A stretch of DNA of 63,226 bases, counting the filler. It is 6 parts of 6 records of this genome, joined end to end, with 100 filler letters (N's around TTAATTAATTAA, not from the genome) between each part and the next. Parts side by side here need not be neighbours in the genome. Positions count along the whole stretch, not along the records: positions 1 to 18,360 come from SRR31156797_1786; 5 more parts are not named here. One strand, 5' to 3'. A model generated the notes under the pieces. That model was not told the origin of the DNA, searched no databases, and saw nothing but the letters and a program-made list of their open reading frames with translations. Position numbers and translations under genes: made by a program. Each line of letters starts with the position of its first letter. Within the stretch, counting starts at the first letter, position 1. This document shows, piece by piece, positions 1 through 10,324 of the stretch.

Positions 1-67
1 CTTAAACCCTTTTTCAAAAGGGTTTAAGCCGCCGGAGGCGAAATCTTCTCATTAAAGCGCGAAGCGC
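1..67. repeat. REP-like palindromic intergenic element (probably truncated by window edge)
   Basis: CTTAAACCCTTTT-TC-AAAAGGGTTTAAG perfect 13-bp-arm hairpin (1-28), followed by CCGCCGGAGGC and a GCGC-GAA-GCGC mini-hairpin (57-67), just downstream of the ClC stop. Confidence 0.6.
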
Positions 68-78
68 ATCAAATCAAA

Positions 79-1896
79 CTACTCCGCAGCTTCCCGTAAT
101 TCCTTAACAGACTTGGCATAAGCACGGAAAACGTTCTCCCTATTCAGGATACCGATGATTGTGTTGGGATCGTCCTCACTTACAACCGGAATCTGCCCGT
201 AGTCCGTATCTACGAACTTAAGCAGTGCGGTGTAAAGGTCGTCATCCGCCTTGAGGGTTGCCGGTTTGGTGGCGAGGTCCTTGGCTAGGATGAGGTCGAA
301 TAGATCGGGGTTGAAAAGGTGGTTACGGACATTCTGAATTGTCAGGATTCCGGTAATTATCCCTTCATCGTTCTTGACCGGGAAGTATAACTCGTTGGTG
401 TTGGCGATGATGTCGGTCAACGCTTTGAGCGTGGTTCCTTCTTCGAGGGTGGTTACGCGGCCCGGTTTGTAGTGGGTATCTACGTGTAGACCCTCAAGGA
501 TGTTGATGGTCTTGTCCTCGATATGGGCCGGGGAATCGAATTTACTTTCCACCTGATGCTCATAAAGGGAGAAGCTGCGGCCCAAAACAATGCACAGCGC
601 AGAGGCGAGCATGAGCGGGGCGAGCAGACCGTAACCCTGTGTGAGTTCGCAGACCATGATCAGCGGGCCGATGGGGGCTTTTGCTACCCCGGCGAAGAAT
701 GCGGCCATGCCGACCAGTACGTATCCTCCGGGCTGGGTGACGATGTCCGGGTAATATTTCCCGGCGATCTGACCTACTATACCGCCGGACATACCGCCTA
801 CGAAAAGTGCGGGCGCAAACATACCGCCGGACATTCCTGAACCGATGGTCATGGAGGTGGCGATGGTCTTACCGATTACAATGGCGATCATCATCATGAG
901 CGGGATTTCACCCATGATGGCCATTTCCAGCCAGCCGTAGCCCCCAGTGAGTACCTGCGGGAAGAACATCCCCATGATGCCCATCATCAGACCGCCGAGA
1001 GCTGTAGCCCACATGAGGCCGACCCGGTCCCTGATCTGGTTGAACACCGAAAACTTGATGAAACGGAAAGTGCGGATGTACATCCAGCCCGCCAAGGTGC
1101 AGGCAAAGGCTAGAGCCACGTAGAAGATCAGTTCCCGCGGGTCGTGGAAGACAAAGCGCGGAATACCGAAGATCGGCTCAGTGCCGTAGAAAAGTGTGAA
1201 CAGGGAATATGATACTACTGAGGATATGACCGAAGGCAGGATTGCTTCGGATTCAAAGTCCTCGCGGTAGATAACCTCAATGGCGGTAAGTGCTCCGCCA
1301 AGCGGGGCGCGGAAAATTGCACCGAGACCGCCCGCTGCACCGGAGAGGAGCAGGATGCGGCGTTCTTTCGTAGAGAGTTTCAGTTTCTGGGCCAGCCATG
1401 AGCCGACCCCGGCTCCCATCTGGGTGATGGGTCCTTCTCGGCCAGCACTACCACCGCAGGAGATGGTGAAAACCGAGGTAATCCCCTTGATGATGGGTAC
1501 GATGGGGCGCATGAGCCCGCTACCCTGATGGAAACACTTGATGGTAGCATCGGTGCCGTCTGTTCCGCCTGAGGTAGTTTCCGGAATATACTTGTTGACC
1601 AGCCATCCGGTAATCAGGCCGACGATGGTCAGGCAGATGGGGATGGTCCAAGTACGCAGTTGTTCCCCGGCATGGCCGTGGAAAAGTTCTTCGCCTTCAG
1701 GTGCGGGCAGGGAAAGTCCGGCCAGCTGGCTCATGAAAAAGTACTTACCCAGCTCCACAGCGCCGAAGAAAAGCACGGCCACAATACCGGAAAGGATACC
1801 TACCACTATGCCGAGTACCAGCCAGCGGAAATGGCTGACATTACGGTAGGAGCGGGCGAGGTCTTTCCATGTATGCAGATTGAGAAAAGGACTCAT
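79..1896 (-). CDS. ClC family chloride channel/H+ antiporter with C-terminal CBS pair
   Basis: GREGP and GMFAP motifs, many TM helices, CBS-like C-terminus. Confidence 0.93.
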   Translation of the reverse strand: MSPFLNLHTWKDLARSYRNVSHFRWLVLGIVVGILSGIVAVLFFGAVELGKYFFMSQLAGLSLPAPEGEELFHGHAGEQLRTWTIPICLTIVGLITGWLVNKYIPETTSGGTDGTDATIKCFHQGSGLMRPIVPIIKGITSVFTISCGGSAGREGPITQMGAGVGSWLAQKLKLSTKERRILLLSGAAGGLGAIFRAPLGGALTAIEVIYREDFESEAILPSVISSVVSYSLFTLFYGTEPIFGIPRFVFHDPRELIFYVALAFACTLAGWMYIRTFRFIKFSVFNQIRDRVGLMWATALGGLMMGIMGMFFPQVLTGGYGWLEMAIMGEIPLMMMIAIVIGKTIATSMTIGSGMSGGMFAPALFVGGMSGGIVGQIAGKYYPDIVTQPGGYVLVGMAAFFAGVAKAPIGPLIMVCELTQGYGLLAPLMLASALCIVLGRSFSLYEHQVESKFDSPAHIEDKTINILEGLHVDTHYKPGRVTTLEEGTTLKALTDIIANTNELYFPVKNDEGIITGILTIQNVRNHLFNPDLFDLILAKDLATKPATLKADDDLYTALLKFVDTDYGQIPVVSEDDPNTIIGILNRENVFRAYAKSVKELREAAE

Positions 1897-2879
1897 TACT
1901 CTGCTCCTGATTCTGATTCGCTCAGATGCAGTCCGGGACGGACCTGTGATTCAGGGTATGAAAGAATTTCTCTGGCAAGGCCGATATCAATGCCGATGCG
2001 TTCTTTGAGTTCATCCAGACCGTTGAATTTCTTTTCGGAACGGATGCGCTGAATAAAGTGCACGCGGATGTCTTTGCCATAGATATCTGTAGAAAAATCA
2101 AGAATGTGTGCTTCTACGGAAAGAGCTTCATTGCCGAAGGTGGGGTTTTTGCCGATGTTTGCAACACCGGGAAGAACTTTTCCGTCAACTTCTACGCGGA
2201 TGGCGTATACCCCTTTCTTGGGGAAAAGCTCATCTTCAAGCTTGATGTTGGCGGTGGGAAAACCGAGCAGCCTGCCGCCCCTGTTCATGCCGTGTACAAC
2301 TTCGCCGCGGACTTGATAAAAACGGCCCAGAAGTGGGCGCACGTCCCAAACATTACCTTCGCTGACCAGATCACGGATACGGGAGGAGCTGACCACTGCG
2401 TCGTTAATGATTACCGGGTCTAGTCGTTCAACTCCGTACTCATATTTTTTGCCCAGTTTCACGATGGTTTCGTAGTTGCCGCTGCGTCCTTTACCTAATG
2501 CATAGTCGTAGCCTACGACCATTTCTTTCATCCCCAGCGGTTCGGTGAGGTATTGCTGTATGAAATCCTCGGGGGAAAGGGCGGCCATTTCTTTGGTGAA
2601 ATTCAGGGCCAGAATGATGTCCGGTTTATGCAGGGCGATGAGTTCCAGCTTTTGTGAGGTAAGGGTGATGAAGGGCGGGGTCTTGCTGTTGACCAGTACC
2701 CGGAGAGGATGGGGATCAAAGGTTACCACAACGCTAGCAAGGCCGTTGGCCCGTGCCTTTTTGCAGGTGCTGCTGATCAGCTTCTGGTGTCCTTTGTGGA
2801 CCCCGTCAAAGTTTCCGATTGTTACGCATGCGCCTTGTTCAGGCTTGACTATTTCATCTATTGATTTTGCGATGATCAT
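1896..2879 (-). CDS. ribF: Bifunctional riboflavin kinase/FAD synthetase
   Basis: GNFDGVHKGH, SSSRIR and LGFPTAN motifs. Confidence 0.97.
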   Translation of the reverse strand: MIIAKSIDEIVKPEQGACVTIGNFDGVHKGHQKLISSTCKKARANGLASVVVTFDPHPLRVLVNSKTPPFITLTSQKLELIALHKPDIILALNFTKEMAALSPEDFIQQYLTEPLGMKEMVVGYDYALGKGRSGNYETIVKLGKKYEYGVERLDPVIINDAVVSSSRIRDLVSEGNVWDVRPLLGRFYQVRGEVVHGMNRGGRLLGFPTANIKLEDELFPKKGVYAIRVEVDGKVLPGVANIGKNPTFGNEALSVEAHILDFSTDIYGKDIRVHFIQRIRSEKKFNGLDELKERIGIDIGLAREILSYPESQVRPGLHLSESESGAE

Positions 2880-2945
2880 ATTCGCTTCACTTTTTAATTG
2901 GAGATAGAATTTTAGAAACGAAAACCGTTACCTCAAAAGCCCGCA

Positions 2946-4409
2946 TCATTCAAGCTTTCCCTTGTCCTCTTCTTCGGGCGGTTTCGGATTAATTGTTTCC
3001 TGCAGTTTAGTCAGTTCCTCACGTTGTTTCTTGGTTTTTGCCAGACCTTCAGCCTTGCGGAGGTGGAACTGAGCCTGTTTCATATTATGCCCGTATAAAG
3101 CTGCATATGCGAGCTGGGTGTGGGCTTCAAAATAATGTCCTGATTCTCCGAGCATGCGCCCAAGGTGGTAGTGGATTTCCTGATCATGCGGAACCATTTC
3201 CGCGACCCTGCGCATGGTCAGAATAGCCTGTTTGTAATTCTTTCTTGCGCCTTCAATGCGGGCGATGAAAAACAGGGTCATGGCATCGCGCGGCTCTCGC
3301 AGGTATGCCTCGCGCAGCAGAGGGGAGGCTTTGTCCATCTTCCCGATGGTAAAGTAGAAGCGACCCTGTTCGCGCAGGATAAGGGTGTCGTTGGGACAAA
3401 GTTCGCGTGCTTGATTGAATTCCAGCTCGGCCTTCTTGTATTGCTTCATGCGCGTGTAAATAATTCCAAGCCCCAAATGGTCAAGGCAGGTTAGTTTCTC
3501 TTCAGGGATAGCCATGTAATGGGCAAGAGCAACATCAGGTGAAGTTAGTCTCGCCCTGATCAGGGTCTGAACTTTAAAAAAGGTGGCATCGTCATTTTTG
3601 CGCTTGAAGTAATCTGGAGGCATGCGCTTGAAGCGGTCTTCAAGATAGCCGATACGTGCATCAAGTCCGGGGTGGGTGGAAAGATAGGTCGGGATGTTGG
3701 TGTTGCTTATATGCCATTGGCGTTGCTTCATCACCTTGAAACCGTCAATCATGCTTTTAGGGTTGTATCCCGCGGCAATAAGATAGTTCATTCCAAGGTG
3801 ATCAGCTTCACGTTCGTTTTCCTGCGTATAGTTGAGGTATGCACTTGTCGCTCCACCCATGGAGCCCATGGCAATGGCTGAACCGAGATTGCCCATGTTG
3901 CTGCCGCCTCCGGCAATGCCGACCAGCATTCCGGCCAATGTTCCGAGCATGCTGGCAAAGTTAACCATTTTCATTTTTTCCATGCGCCGGGCTACATGGC
4001 GCAAGGAAACGTGCGCAAGCTCGTGACCGATAACTGCGGCTAGTTCTGCCTCATGCTTCATGTTCAGGATCAGGCCGGTGTAAACGTATACGTAACCGCC
4101 CGGAACCGCGAACGCGTTCATGGCATTGTTGCGGATAACAGTGGCGGTAATTGGGAAAGGCTGGGGCGGAATATGTTTAGCGACCCTGGCTACAAGGTGT
4201 TTTACGTACCCTTCAATTTGTGGATCAAGGATAATCGGAAGTCTGTTACGGACCATTTTATCAAACTCTCTGCCGAGTTTGATTTCATCTTTGACTGTAA
4301 AGTCTCCGAAAAGTGAATTTGCAGTGGCCTGCGGGGTTATCCAGAAACTGAAGAAAAATATCAGGATCAGAGCTGTGCAATTGAGGATAATTTTGTTTCT
4401 GACAGGCAT
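2946..4409 (-). CDS. M48 family metalloprotease with TPR repeats (BepA/YfgC-like)
   Basis: Signal peptide, NAFAVPGG, HELAH, EREAD, YLSTHP, TPR-like C-terminus. Confidence 0.9.
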   Translation of the reverse strand: MPVRNKIILNCTALILIFFFSFWITPQATANSLFGDFTVKDEIKLGREFDKMVRNRLPIILDPQIEGYVKHLVARVAKHIPPQPFPITATVIRNNAMNAFAVPGGYVYVYTGLILNMKHEAELAAVIGHELAHVSLRHVARRMEKMKMVNFASMLGTLAGMLVGIAGGGSNMGNLGSAIAMGSMGGATSAYLNYTQENEREADHLGMNYLIAAGYNPKSMIDGFKVMKQRQWHISNTNIPTYLSTHPGLDARIGYLEDRFKRMPPDYFKRKNDDATFFKVQTLIRARLTSPDVALAHYMAIPEEKLTCLDHLGLGIIYTRMKQYKKAELEFNQARELCPNDTLILREQGRFYFTIGKMDKASPLLREAYLREPRDAMTLFFIARIEGARKNYKQAILTMRRVAEMVPHDQEIHYHLGRMLGESGHYFEAHTQLAYAALYGHNMKQAQFHLRKAEGLAKTKKQREELTKLQETINPKPPEEEDKGKLE

Positions 4410-4499
4410 AGTGGAATCGATTTAGGAAGATTGTTTCAGGTTACTATCATTACAGGAAAGAGAGTAAGTTTAGAACTGATGCTTGTAAAGGAAGATAGT

Positions 4500-4534
4500 A
4501 AAAAGAAAACCCCGTGGAATTTATCCACGGGGTT
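4500..4534 (-). terminator. Intrinsic terminator after rho
   Basis: AACCCCGTGGA/TCCACGGGGTT stem with U-rich tail on the minus strand. Confidence 0.75.
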
Positions 4535-4559
4535 AATAATTCTTTATGGGATAGAGCTG

Positions 4560-5834
4560 TTATTTGCCCATCATATCGAAGAATTCATCGTTGTTTTTGG
4601 TTCCCTTCATCTTGTCGAGCAGGAATTCCATGGAATCGATGGAGTTCATGGGGGCAAGCAGTTTGCGCAGGATCCAGACCTTATTGAGAACGCCGTCGTC
4701 GAGAAGGAGTTCTTCCTTACGGGTACCGGAACGGTTGATGTCGATAGCCGGGAAGACTCGTTTTTCAGCGAGCTTGCGGTCAAGGTAGAGGTCCATGTTA
4801 CCGGTTCCCTTGAATTCTTCAAAGATAACTTCGTCCATGCGGGAGCCGGTATCGATGAGCGCGGTGGCGATGATGGTCAGGCTGCCGCCTTCTTCGATGT
4901 TACGGGCTGCGCCGAAGAATCTTTTGGGGCGCTGCATGGCATTAGCATCCAGGCCACCGGAAAGAACCCTGCCGGAGGAGGGAGTGACGGCGTTGTATGC
5001 GCGGCCGAGACGGGTAATGGAGTCGAGCAGGATGACTACGTCACGTTTACGCTCAACCAGACGTTTGGCCTTTTCAAGAACCATCTCGGTAACCTGTACA
5101 TGGCGCTGCGGAGGCTCGTCAAAAGTGGAGCTGACCACTTCGGCCTTAACAGTTCTGGCCATGTCGGTAACTTCTTCGGGACGTTCGTCGATGAGCAGTA
5201 CAATGAGATCAACGTCAGGATGGTTGGCGTTGATAGAGTTTGCGATGTTCTGCAGCATCATGGTCTTACCGGTACGGGGCGGTGCAACGAGCAGAGCGCG
5301 CTGTCCACGACCGATGGGGGAAAGAATATCGATTACCCGGGAACTGAAATTCTTGGGACCGTTTTCCATTTTGAAACGGTTATCCGGGTATACGGGAGTC
5401 AGGTTGTCGAAAAGAACCAGATTTCTGGAATGTTCTGGCGCTTCAAGTCCGATCTCATTAACCCTGAGCAGAGCGAAATAGCGTTCGCCTTCCTTGGGTG
5501 GGCGGATTTGACCGGAAATGATGTCACCCTTACGCAGGCCAAATCTTCTGATTTGGGAGGGGGAAACATAGATATCATCCGGTCCAGGCATGTAGCTGTA
5601 GGTGGGGGAACGCAGGAAACCGAAACCGTCGGGAAGGACTTCAAGAACACCTTCACCGTAAATCTGTCCGTTCTGCGCCGCACAACCCTGAAGCAGGGCG
5701 AAGATCAGTTCCTGCTTGCGCATGCCGCTGGGGTTTTCAACTTTGAATTTAGCTGCCAGATCCATTAGGTCTGACATCTTCTTCTGTTTTAGTTCAGTCA
5801 GGTTCAGGTTTTGTATTTTTTTGTCTTGGCCCAT
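4560..5834 (-). CDS. rho: Transcription termination factor Rho
   Basis: [41 protein letters not shown] motifs. Confidence 0.99.
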   Translation of the reverse strand: MGQDKKIQNLNLTELKQKKMSDLMDLAAKFKVENPSGMRKQELIFALLQGCAAQNGQIYGEGVLEVLPDGFGFLRSPTYSYMPGPDDIYVSPSQIRRFGLRKGDIISGQIRPPKEGERYFALLRVNEIGLEAPEHSRNLVLFDNLTPVYPDNRFKMENGPKNFSSRVIDILSPIGRGQRALLVAPPRTGKTMMLQNIANSINANHPDVDLIVLLIDERPEEVTDMARTVKAEVVSSTFDEPPQRHVQVTEMVLEKAKRLVERKRDVVILLDSITRLGRAYNAVTPSSGRVLSGGLDANAMQRPKRFFGAARNIEEGGSLTIIATALIDTGSRMDEVIFEEFKGTGNMDLYLDRKLAEKRVFPAIDINRSGTRKEELLLDDGVLNKVWILRKLLAPMNSIDSMEFLLDKMKGTKNNDEFFDMMGK

Positions 5835-6171
5835 ACTGTATAACCGGATTTAAAAAGTTTAAAAAATATTTTTAAGTTAACGGAAAGCGGCAGCAATGCA
5901 CACATGATGTGCTCATGCATTTACCTGAATGCTTTATCCTTAACTAGATGATGGAAATTATATTGGATTTTCCTGAGTGAGGGGCTGTTTATCTGTTCGA
6001 ATACAACGACTTTGATACGGTCTTTGGTTCGTACTCCATCCTAGTTGCAGTTGTTTTTTATAGAAATGCTATGCTGACTGTTTCTAATGAAACGCGAAGC
6101 ATTCTAAAACGTGCAACTCATAGGGCATTAACTGAAAGAATCGTTTATGACAAGTCGTTTGAACAGTATTT

Positions 6172-6687
6172 TTAGGATTCCTCTTCCTGTTTTTCCAGAA
6201 CATCAATGAAAAGTGCATTGATGTTATCTTTGATTTCTTCCTGATCAAGGTCGAGAGCAAAGGAAAGCTCCATAGAAACTAAGCCCATAGCTTGTTCAAG
6301 AAGTCTACGTTCGCCAAAGGACAGTTCTTTATCTCGTCCGATCAGGAACAGCTCTTTGAGCACGTAAGCAACATCCTGAAGATCGCCGCTTTTGAGCTTT
6401 TCAGAGTATTCGCGGTAGCGTCTGTTCCAGTTCTGTCCGGTATAACCGGTGAAATCAGATCTGTCCTTGAGGCTTTCAAATATTTCCATGCCCGCGTCCT
6501 TGTCACAAACTGCGCGAAGACCCACATTATGTGCGTTCATGACCGGAACCATGAGCGTAACATTGTTACTTAAAATGCGGACAATATAAAATTCAGCGGT
6601 GGCTCCGCCGATTTCCTGGCTTTCGATACGTTCTACTTTGCCTACACCCTGCGAAGGGTAGACAACCAACTGGTCTAGCTCAAACAC
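6172..6687 (-). CDS. carD: CarD family transcriptional regulator
   Basis: VVYPSQGVG, WNRRYR and LSFGERRLL motifs. Confidence 0.93.
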   Translation of the reverse strand: MFELDQLVVYPSQGVGKVERIESQEIGGATAEFYIVRILSNNVTLMVPVMNAHNVGLRAVCDKDAGMEIFESLKDRSDFTGYTGQNWNRRYREYSEKLKSGDLQDVAYVLKELFLIGRDKELSFGERRLLEQAMGLVSMELSFALDLDQEEIKDNINALFIDVLEKQEEES

Positions 6688-6905
6688 TCATGGCTCCTTG
6701 GACTTGCTAAAGAAATGTTTTGGAAAGGTCGATGCGAATTTCGGGGATACCCCGAGATGGTGGTGGCGCGGTTACGTGGAATTCAGGATTAGCTGAAAAC
6801 GGGTTTACATGCCCTTCCCATTTCTTTTACCCTCTATATTAATATTTATTTTCTTTAGAGGGAATTGCTACGAAAAAATATTATAACTGAATTGTGAAAA
6901 ATAGT

Positions 6906-7523
6906 CTACGGTTCGGTTTCAGGAAGATCAGGCGTGAAACTATTCATGAACTGGGTTGCCGTTCCCTGACTGCGCCTGAAATGCAGGTTTAAGCCTTTTA
7001 TCGCTGCCTGTGACATCTGGGCCGCGATTTCAAGTTCCTGCGTATTGAATTCCTCAAGCACGTAATCCTTTACCTGAGAGGAAAATTCAGGACGGCCAAT
7101 ACCAACCCTAATACGGAAAAAATTTGGAGACCCCATTTTCTCCTGAATGGACTCAAGTCCCCGGTGACCATTATTGCCGCCGCCTTTCTTGAATTTCATC
7201 CTTCCGCAGGGAAGGTCCAGTTCATCATGGATGACGTAGACATCAGATACGGCAATGGAGTACTTGCCGCAGATGGCTGCAACCGCTTTTCCGCTCAGGT
7301 TCATGTAGGTGAGCGGTTTGGTTACCAGCACATTATTTCCGGCTATATTGAGGCTGAAAAGTTCGAAGTCGCCGGAAATTCCCATTTCCTTGTAGCGCAT
7401 GCTTTTACGGGACGCTGCCATTTCAGCCAAAGCATCAACAGCCATGAAACCTATATTATGTCTGGTTTTGGCGTACTGTGGTCCGGGGTTACCCAGTCCT
7501 ACGATAAGTGCTTTGTATTCCAT
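6906..7523 (-). CDS. pth: Peptidyl-tRNA hydrolase
   Basis: GLGNPG, TRHNIG, KPLTYMNLSG, HDELD; start moved to MEYKAL. Confidence 0.97.
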   Translation of the reverse strand: MEYKALIVGLGNPGPQYAKTRHNIGFMAVDALAEMAASRKSMRYKEMGISGDFELFSLNIAGNNVLVTKPLTYMNLSGKAVAAICGKYSIAVSDVYVIHDELDLPCGRMKFKKGGGNNGHRGLESIQEKMGSPNFFRIRVGIGRPEFSSQVKDYVLEEFNTQELEIAAQMSQAAIKGLNLHFRRSQGTATQFMNSFTPDLPETEP

Positions 7524-7547
7524 GATAATATCCTGCTTAACAAACGG

Positions 7548-7572
7548 CAAAGGCCCCGGATAAACCGGGGCC
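7548..7572 (-). terminator. Hairpin/terminator after rplY
   Basis: GGCCCCGG-ATAAA-CCGGGGCC with short U tail on minus strand. Confidence 0.55.
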
Positions 7573-7597
7573 CGAAAATGAGTATACTTGTAAAGAC

Positions 7598-8197
7598 CTA
7601 TTCTTCTGCTGCTTCTTCGCCTTCTTCATCATCTGTAGAAGAACCGCGGCCAGCGGCACAGCGAACGAGTGCGAAGTTGCTGTCAAACTGTACAGTTGCG
7701 CCTTCGCCAAGGTCGATTTCATTTACGAATACGGTGTCGCCAACTTCCATGCTGTCGATGTTTACAACGACTTCAGCAGGAATGGTTGCTGCGGTGCAGG
7801 CTACAGTCAGCTTTTCACGGTAGATAGCCATACGGCCACCGAGTTTAACACCGGGTGCAGTACCTTCGGTTACGACGGGAACGTCGATTTTGAGGGGACG
7901 GTTAGCGGAAACACCGAGGAGGTCGATGTGGTTGGGGCGGGGACGGACGGGGTCCATCTGCACTTTCCAGATCAGAGTATCGTAGGTCTTGCCGTCAACT
8001 TCAAGGCTGAAGACGCGGGTGGTGCCGACTTTACGGTACATTTTAACGAATTCGATTTCGTTAACGGAAAGAATGAGGTTCTCGCCTTCCTGAGAATAGA
8101 AGACAACAGGAACCATGCCCTGGTTGCGGAGCTGACGGTTTGCGGATTTACCAGTTTTGGTACGCAGTTCAGCTTTGAAGGTTACTTTTTCAGACAT
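7598..8197 (-). CDS. rplY: 50S ribosomal protein L25/CTC
   Basis: GKSANRQLR, VQMDPV, HIDL, acidic tail; prs-rplY-pth synteny. Confidence 0.95.
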   Translation of the reverse strand: MSEKVTFKAELRTKTGKSANRQLRNQGMVPVVFYSQEGENLILSVNEIEFVKMYRKVGTTRVFSLEVDGKTYDTLIWKVQMDPVRPRPNHIDLLGVSANRPLKIDVPVVTEGTAPGVKLGGRMAIYREKLTVACTAATIPAEVVVNIDSMEVGDTVFVNEIDLGEGATVQFDSNFALVRCAAGRGSSTDDEEGEEAAEE

Positions 8198-8263
8198 TAT
8201 TTTCTCCTTATGGTTAACCTGCTGTCGCTCAAAAAGACCGACAGAGGGTGGGAATAGGCAATG

Positions 8264-9208
8264 TTATACGAAGAGTACGCTTACGGAGGACTCGGAGTGC
8301 ACGTTGTGGATGCACTTAGCGAGGATTCCGGCAACGGATTTGACTTTGATCTTACCGTTACAGTTTGCAAGCTTTTCTTCAGGAACAGGCAGGGTGTCGG
8401 TTACAATCACCTCGGAAAAAGGTGCTGCAGCCAGCCTGTCGATGGCCGGTCCGGAAAGAACCGGGTGGGTTGCGCAGGCAATTACGTCTTTTGCGCCGTG
8501 GTCCATAAGAACCTTGGCTGCCTGACACATGGTGCCTGCGGTGTCGATCATGTCATCCATGACCACACAGACTTTGTCTTTAACTTCGCCGATAACGTGC
8601 ATGGCTTTAGCCTGGTTGGGAGCGTCGCGGCGTTTATCAACAATAGCAAGGCCAGCGTTTAAGCGTTTGGCGTATGCTCTTGCGCGCTCGGTTCCGCCTG
8701 CGTCAGGGGAAACCATAACCATGTCGTCGTTACGGGTGCGCAGTTCGTCCAGCAGGACGGGAGCTGCATAAATGTTATCTACCGGGAGGTCGAAGAAACC
8801 CTGAATCTGGCCTGCGTGCAGGTCGATGGTGACCAGGCGCTGCATACCTGCAACAGTCAGGCAGTCGGCACAGAGTTTAGCACTGATGGGTGCGCGGGGG
8901 GAAACCTTGCGGTCCTGTCTGGCGTATCCATAGTAAGGAACAACTGCGGTTACTCGGCGGGCACTTGCTCTTTTAAGCGCGTCCAGCATGAGGCACAGCT
9001 CCATGAAGTGAAAGTTCACCGGATCGCAGGTCGACTGGACTATGAATACATCACAGCCGCGGACGTTATCCTGAATCTCGATGCGGATTTCACCATCACT
9101 GAATTTTTCACGCAGGCAGGGAGTAAGTTTGCTGCCGAGATGGTCACAGATTGCTTCTGAAAGCGCCAGATTTGACGAGCCGCTGATAATCTTGAGTTCA
9201 CCGTTCAT
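8264..9208 (-). CDS. prs: Ribose-phosphate pyrophosphokinase
   Basis: FSDGE, YGYARQDRK, DLHAGQIQGFF, DDMIDTAGT. Confidence 0.98.
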   Translation of the reverse strand: MNGELKIISGSSNLALSEAICDHLGSKLTPCLREKFSDGEIRIEIQDNVRGCDVFIVQSTCDPVNFHFMELCLMLDALKRASARRVTAVVPYYGYARQDRKVSPRAPISAKLCADCLTVAGMQRLVTIDLHAGQIQGFFDLPVDNIYAAPVLLDELRTRNDDMVMVSPDAGGTERARAYAKRLNAGLAIVDKRRDAPNQAKAMHVIGEVKDKVCVVMDDMIDTAGTMCQAAKVLMDHGAKDVIACATHPVLSGPAIDRLAAAPFSEVIVTDTLPVPEEKLANCNGKIKVKSVAGILAKCIHNVHSESSVSVLFV

Positions 9209-9247
9209 GTCGGTCTCCAACTTGACCTCTCGGATGAGAAATGAATT

Positions 9248-9323
9248 TGGCAGGGATGGCAGGACTCGAACCCGCGAATGCGTGGACCAAAACCACGTGC
9301 CTTACCAACTTGGCGACATCCCT
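9248..9323 (-). tRNA. tRNA-Gln(TTG)
   Basis: 76-nt cloverleaf: AGGGATG/CATCCCT acceptor stem, anticodon arm CGTGG-TTTTGGT-CCACG, GGTTCGAGTCC T-arm, encoded CCA; canonical ispE-tRNA-Gln-prs position. Confidence 0.96.
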
Positions 9324-9358
9324 GCACAGATTATGTGGAAATATTTACTATATTAAAA

Positions 9359-10231
9359 TTATGAAAACGTGTGAAGAACAGAGTCGACGTTTGCCGATTT
9401 CAAACTAACCGCAGCTTTTTGTGCAGCTCCCTTGTCTTTAAAGAAAGAGATAACGCTTGCCCCGCTTCCGCTCATGACAGCTCCGCAGGCTCCGTTTTTC
9501 AACAGATATTCCTTCGTCTCCCTGATTTTGGGAAATTCAGGAAGGACAACTTCTTCAAAGTCATTGAACAAAGTCACCCTCGTTTGGGAGGCCGTTCTAT
9601 TATTACCGCTGGCTGACGTTGTCAAGTCAAAGGCACCGCTTTTTTTCAATTTAGTGGACTGGTCACGGTTGGACCATGCCTTATATGCCCATGCGGTATT
9701 CACGTGCACATCCGGGCAGGCTAATAACGCGGTCAGGCCGGAAAGGTCAACCTCTGAAGGCGATAAAATTTCACCTATTCCTTTTGCCCATGCCGGACCA
9801 TCAAGTAAAAAGAAGGGTACATCCGCGCCAAGTCCCGCAGCCAGCGAGTTTAACTTGTCGTGTTCAAGGCCCGGACTGTCGGGGTGGCTGTTCAGGAAAC
9901 GGAGCATGGATGCGGCATCGGAACTGCCGCCACCAAGACCGGCTCCCGTGGGGGTGCGCTTGGTCAGTTCAATATGCAAGCCCGGACGGAATCCGGTTGC
10001 CTCAGCGTATTTATCCCAAGCCTTGTAAATAAGATTATCTTCCGCCGGAAGGTCGAAGTCCGCGCAGTGGATGGTGCAGCCTTCGTCGGTTTCAGTAACC
10101 TCAAGGGTGTCAGCCAATGCCGGGAAGGGGTGAAAAAGGGTGTCCAGCTCATGATAGCCGTCTTCTCTTTTGCGGACGATTTTCAGGTAAAGGTTGACCT
10201 TAGCCGGGGCGGTAAGAATTGTTTTGTTCAT
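9359..10231 (-). CDS. ispE: 4-diphosphocytidyl-2C-methyl-D-erythritol kinase
   Basis: APAKVNLYL, GAGLGGGSSDAA, LGADVPFF, MSGSGAS. Confidence 0.97.
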   Translation of the reverse strand: MNKTILTAPAKVNLYLKIVRKREDGYHELDTLFHPFPALADTLEVTETDEGCTIHCADFDLPAEDNLIYKAWDKYAEATGFRPGLHIELTKRTPTGAGLGGGSSDAASMLRFLNSHPDSPGLEHDKLNSLAAGLGADVPFFLLDGPAWAKGIGEILSPSEVDLSGLTALLACPDVHVNTAWAYKAWSNRDQSTKLKKSGAFDLTTSASGNNRTASQTRVTLFNDFEEVVLPEFPKIRETKEYLLKNGACGAVMSGSGASVISFFKDKGAAQKAAVSLKSANVDSVLHTFS

Positions 10232-10267
10232 GGGCAGTCTATTAACGTAAAGAGTCTGAATTAGGAA

Positions 10268-10297
10268 GCCCCGGCCTGATGTGAATCAGGACGGGGC
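10268..10297 (-). terminator. Stem-loop after degQ
   Basis: GCCCCGGCCTGAT/ATCAGGACGGGGC imperfect inverted repeat; weak U tail. Confidence 0.45.
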
Positions 10298-10324
10298 AAT
10301 TGAGAGCTGACAACAGCTTTGAAA

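Noticed and set aside
4431-5768. 445-aa plus-strand ORF, and other long antisense ORFs (e.g. 31290-33116, 26100-27785, 59008-60339)
   Set aside because: They are shadow frames opposite well-supported genes and show no recognisable motifs.
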